From Macrostomum hystrix (lineage: Eukaryota > Animalia > Platyhelminthes): a stretch of 64,000 nt of DNA. Shown piece after piece: positions 63,817 through 64,000 of the stretch. Position numbers and translations under genes: made by a program. The stretch spans positions 14,198,001 through 14,262,000 of the forward strand of contig CATNEN010000001.1 of the NCBI GenBank assembly GCA_950097015.1. Reading direction: 5' to 3'. The stretch's first letter is position 1, and each line of letters opens with the position of its first letter. Below the pieces are notes generated by a model that searched no databases, had not been told where the DNA came from, and saw only the letters and a program-made list of their open reading frames with translations.

Positions 63817-64000
63817 CTGAAATAGCAGTGATGTGCTGATTGCACTACTCAGCAGTAGGATAACGATAGTAGTGTGAGACTGGTGGTTAGTTTTTTGTAG
63901 ATTTTAATGGAATCGGATAATAATTTTGATTTAAACAGATCGGATTCTAAGAATTGGGATTAAAAATGGGTTTTTAGTATTGGGATTCTTATTTGGATTT

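Overview
Eukaryotic, intron-containing, repeat-rich DNA. The rRNA, retroelements and CFAP300 point to an animal; a flatworm such as Macrostomum is my guess from overall style and is untested. 1-9 kb: an unidentified decayed coding-like stretch and minisatellites. 9-24 kb: a nested cluster of retroelements and rDNA. It holds a Ty3/gypsy remnant with its 3' LTR, and an R2-like element that is interrupted by an RT-RNase H LINE with a perfect 16-bp TSD. It also holds an orphan, mutated rDNA unit (18S 3' part, ITS1, 5.8S, ITS2, 28S 5' part) whose 18S is joined at a conserved site to the poly(A) 3' end of a second restriction-like-endonuclease retrotransposon (candidate 18S-targeting, R8-like), plus an RTE-like LINE and a 62-bp 18S snippet. 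25-52 kb: host genes, namely a ~2120-aa ankyrin-repeat/pseudokinase gene, a divergent pair of paralogous membrane-protein genes sharing only intron 1, a tetraspanin-like gene and MGST1-like. These are interspersed with two tRNA-derived SINE families, a MITE and a Penelope-like fragment. 52-64 kb: the 3' exons of CFAP300, with an 8.2-kb intron that is almost entirely a 20-bp satellite. Five satellites share a TCTAACA core resembling splice signals. All gene models were spliced by hand; no database searches were run.
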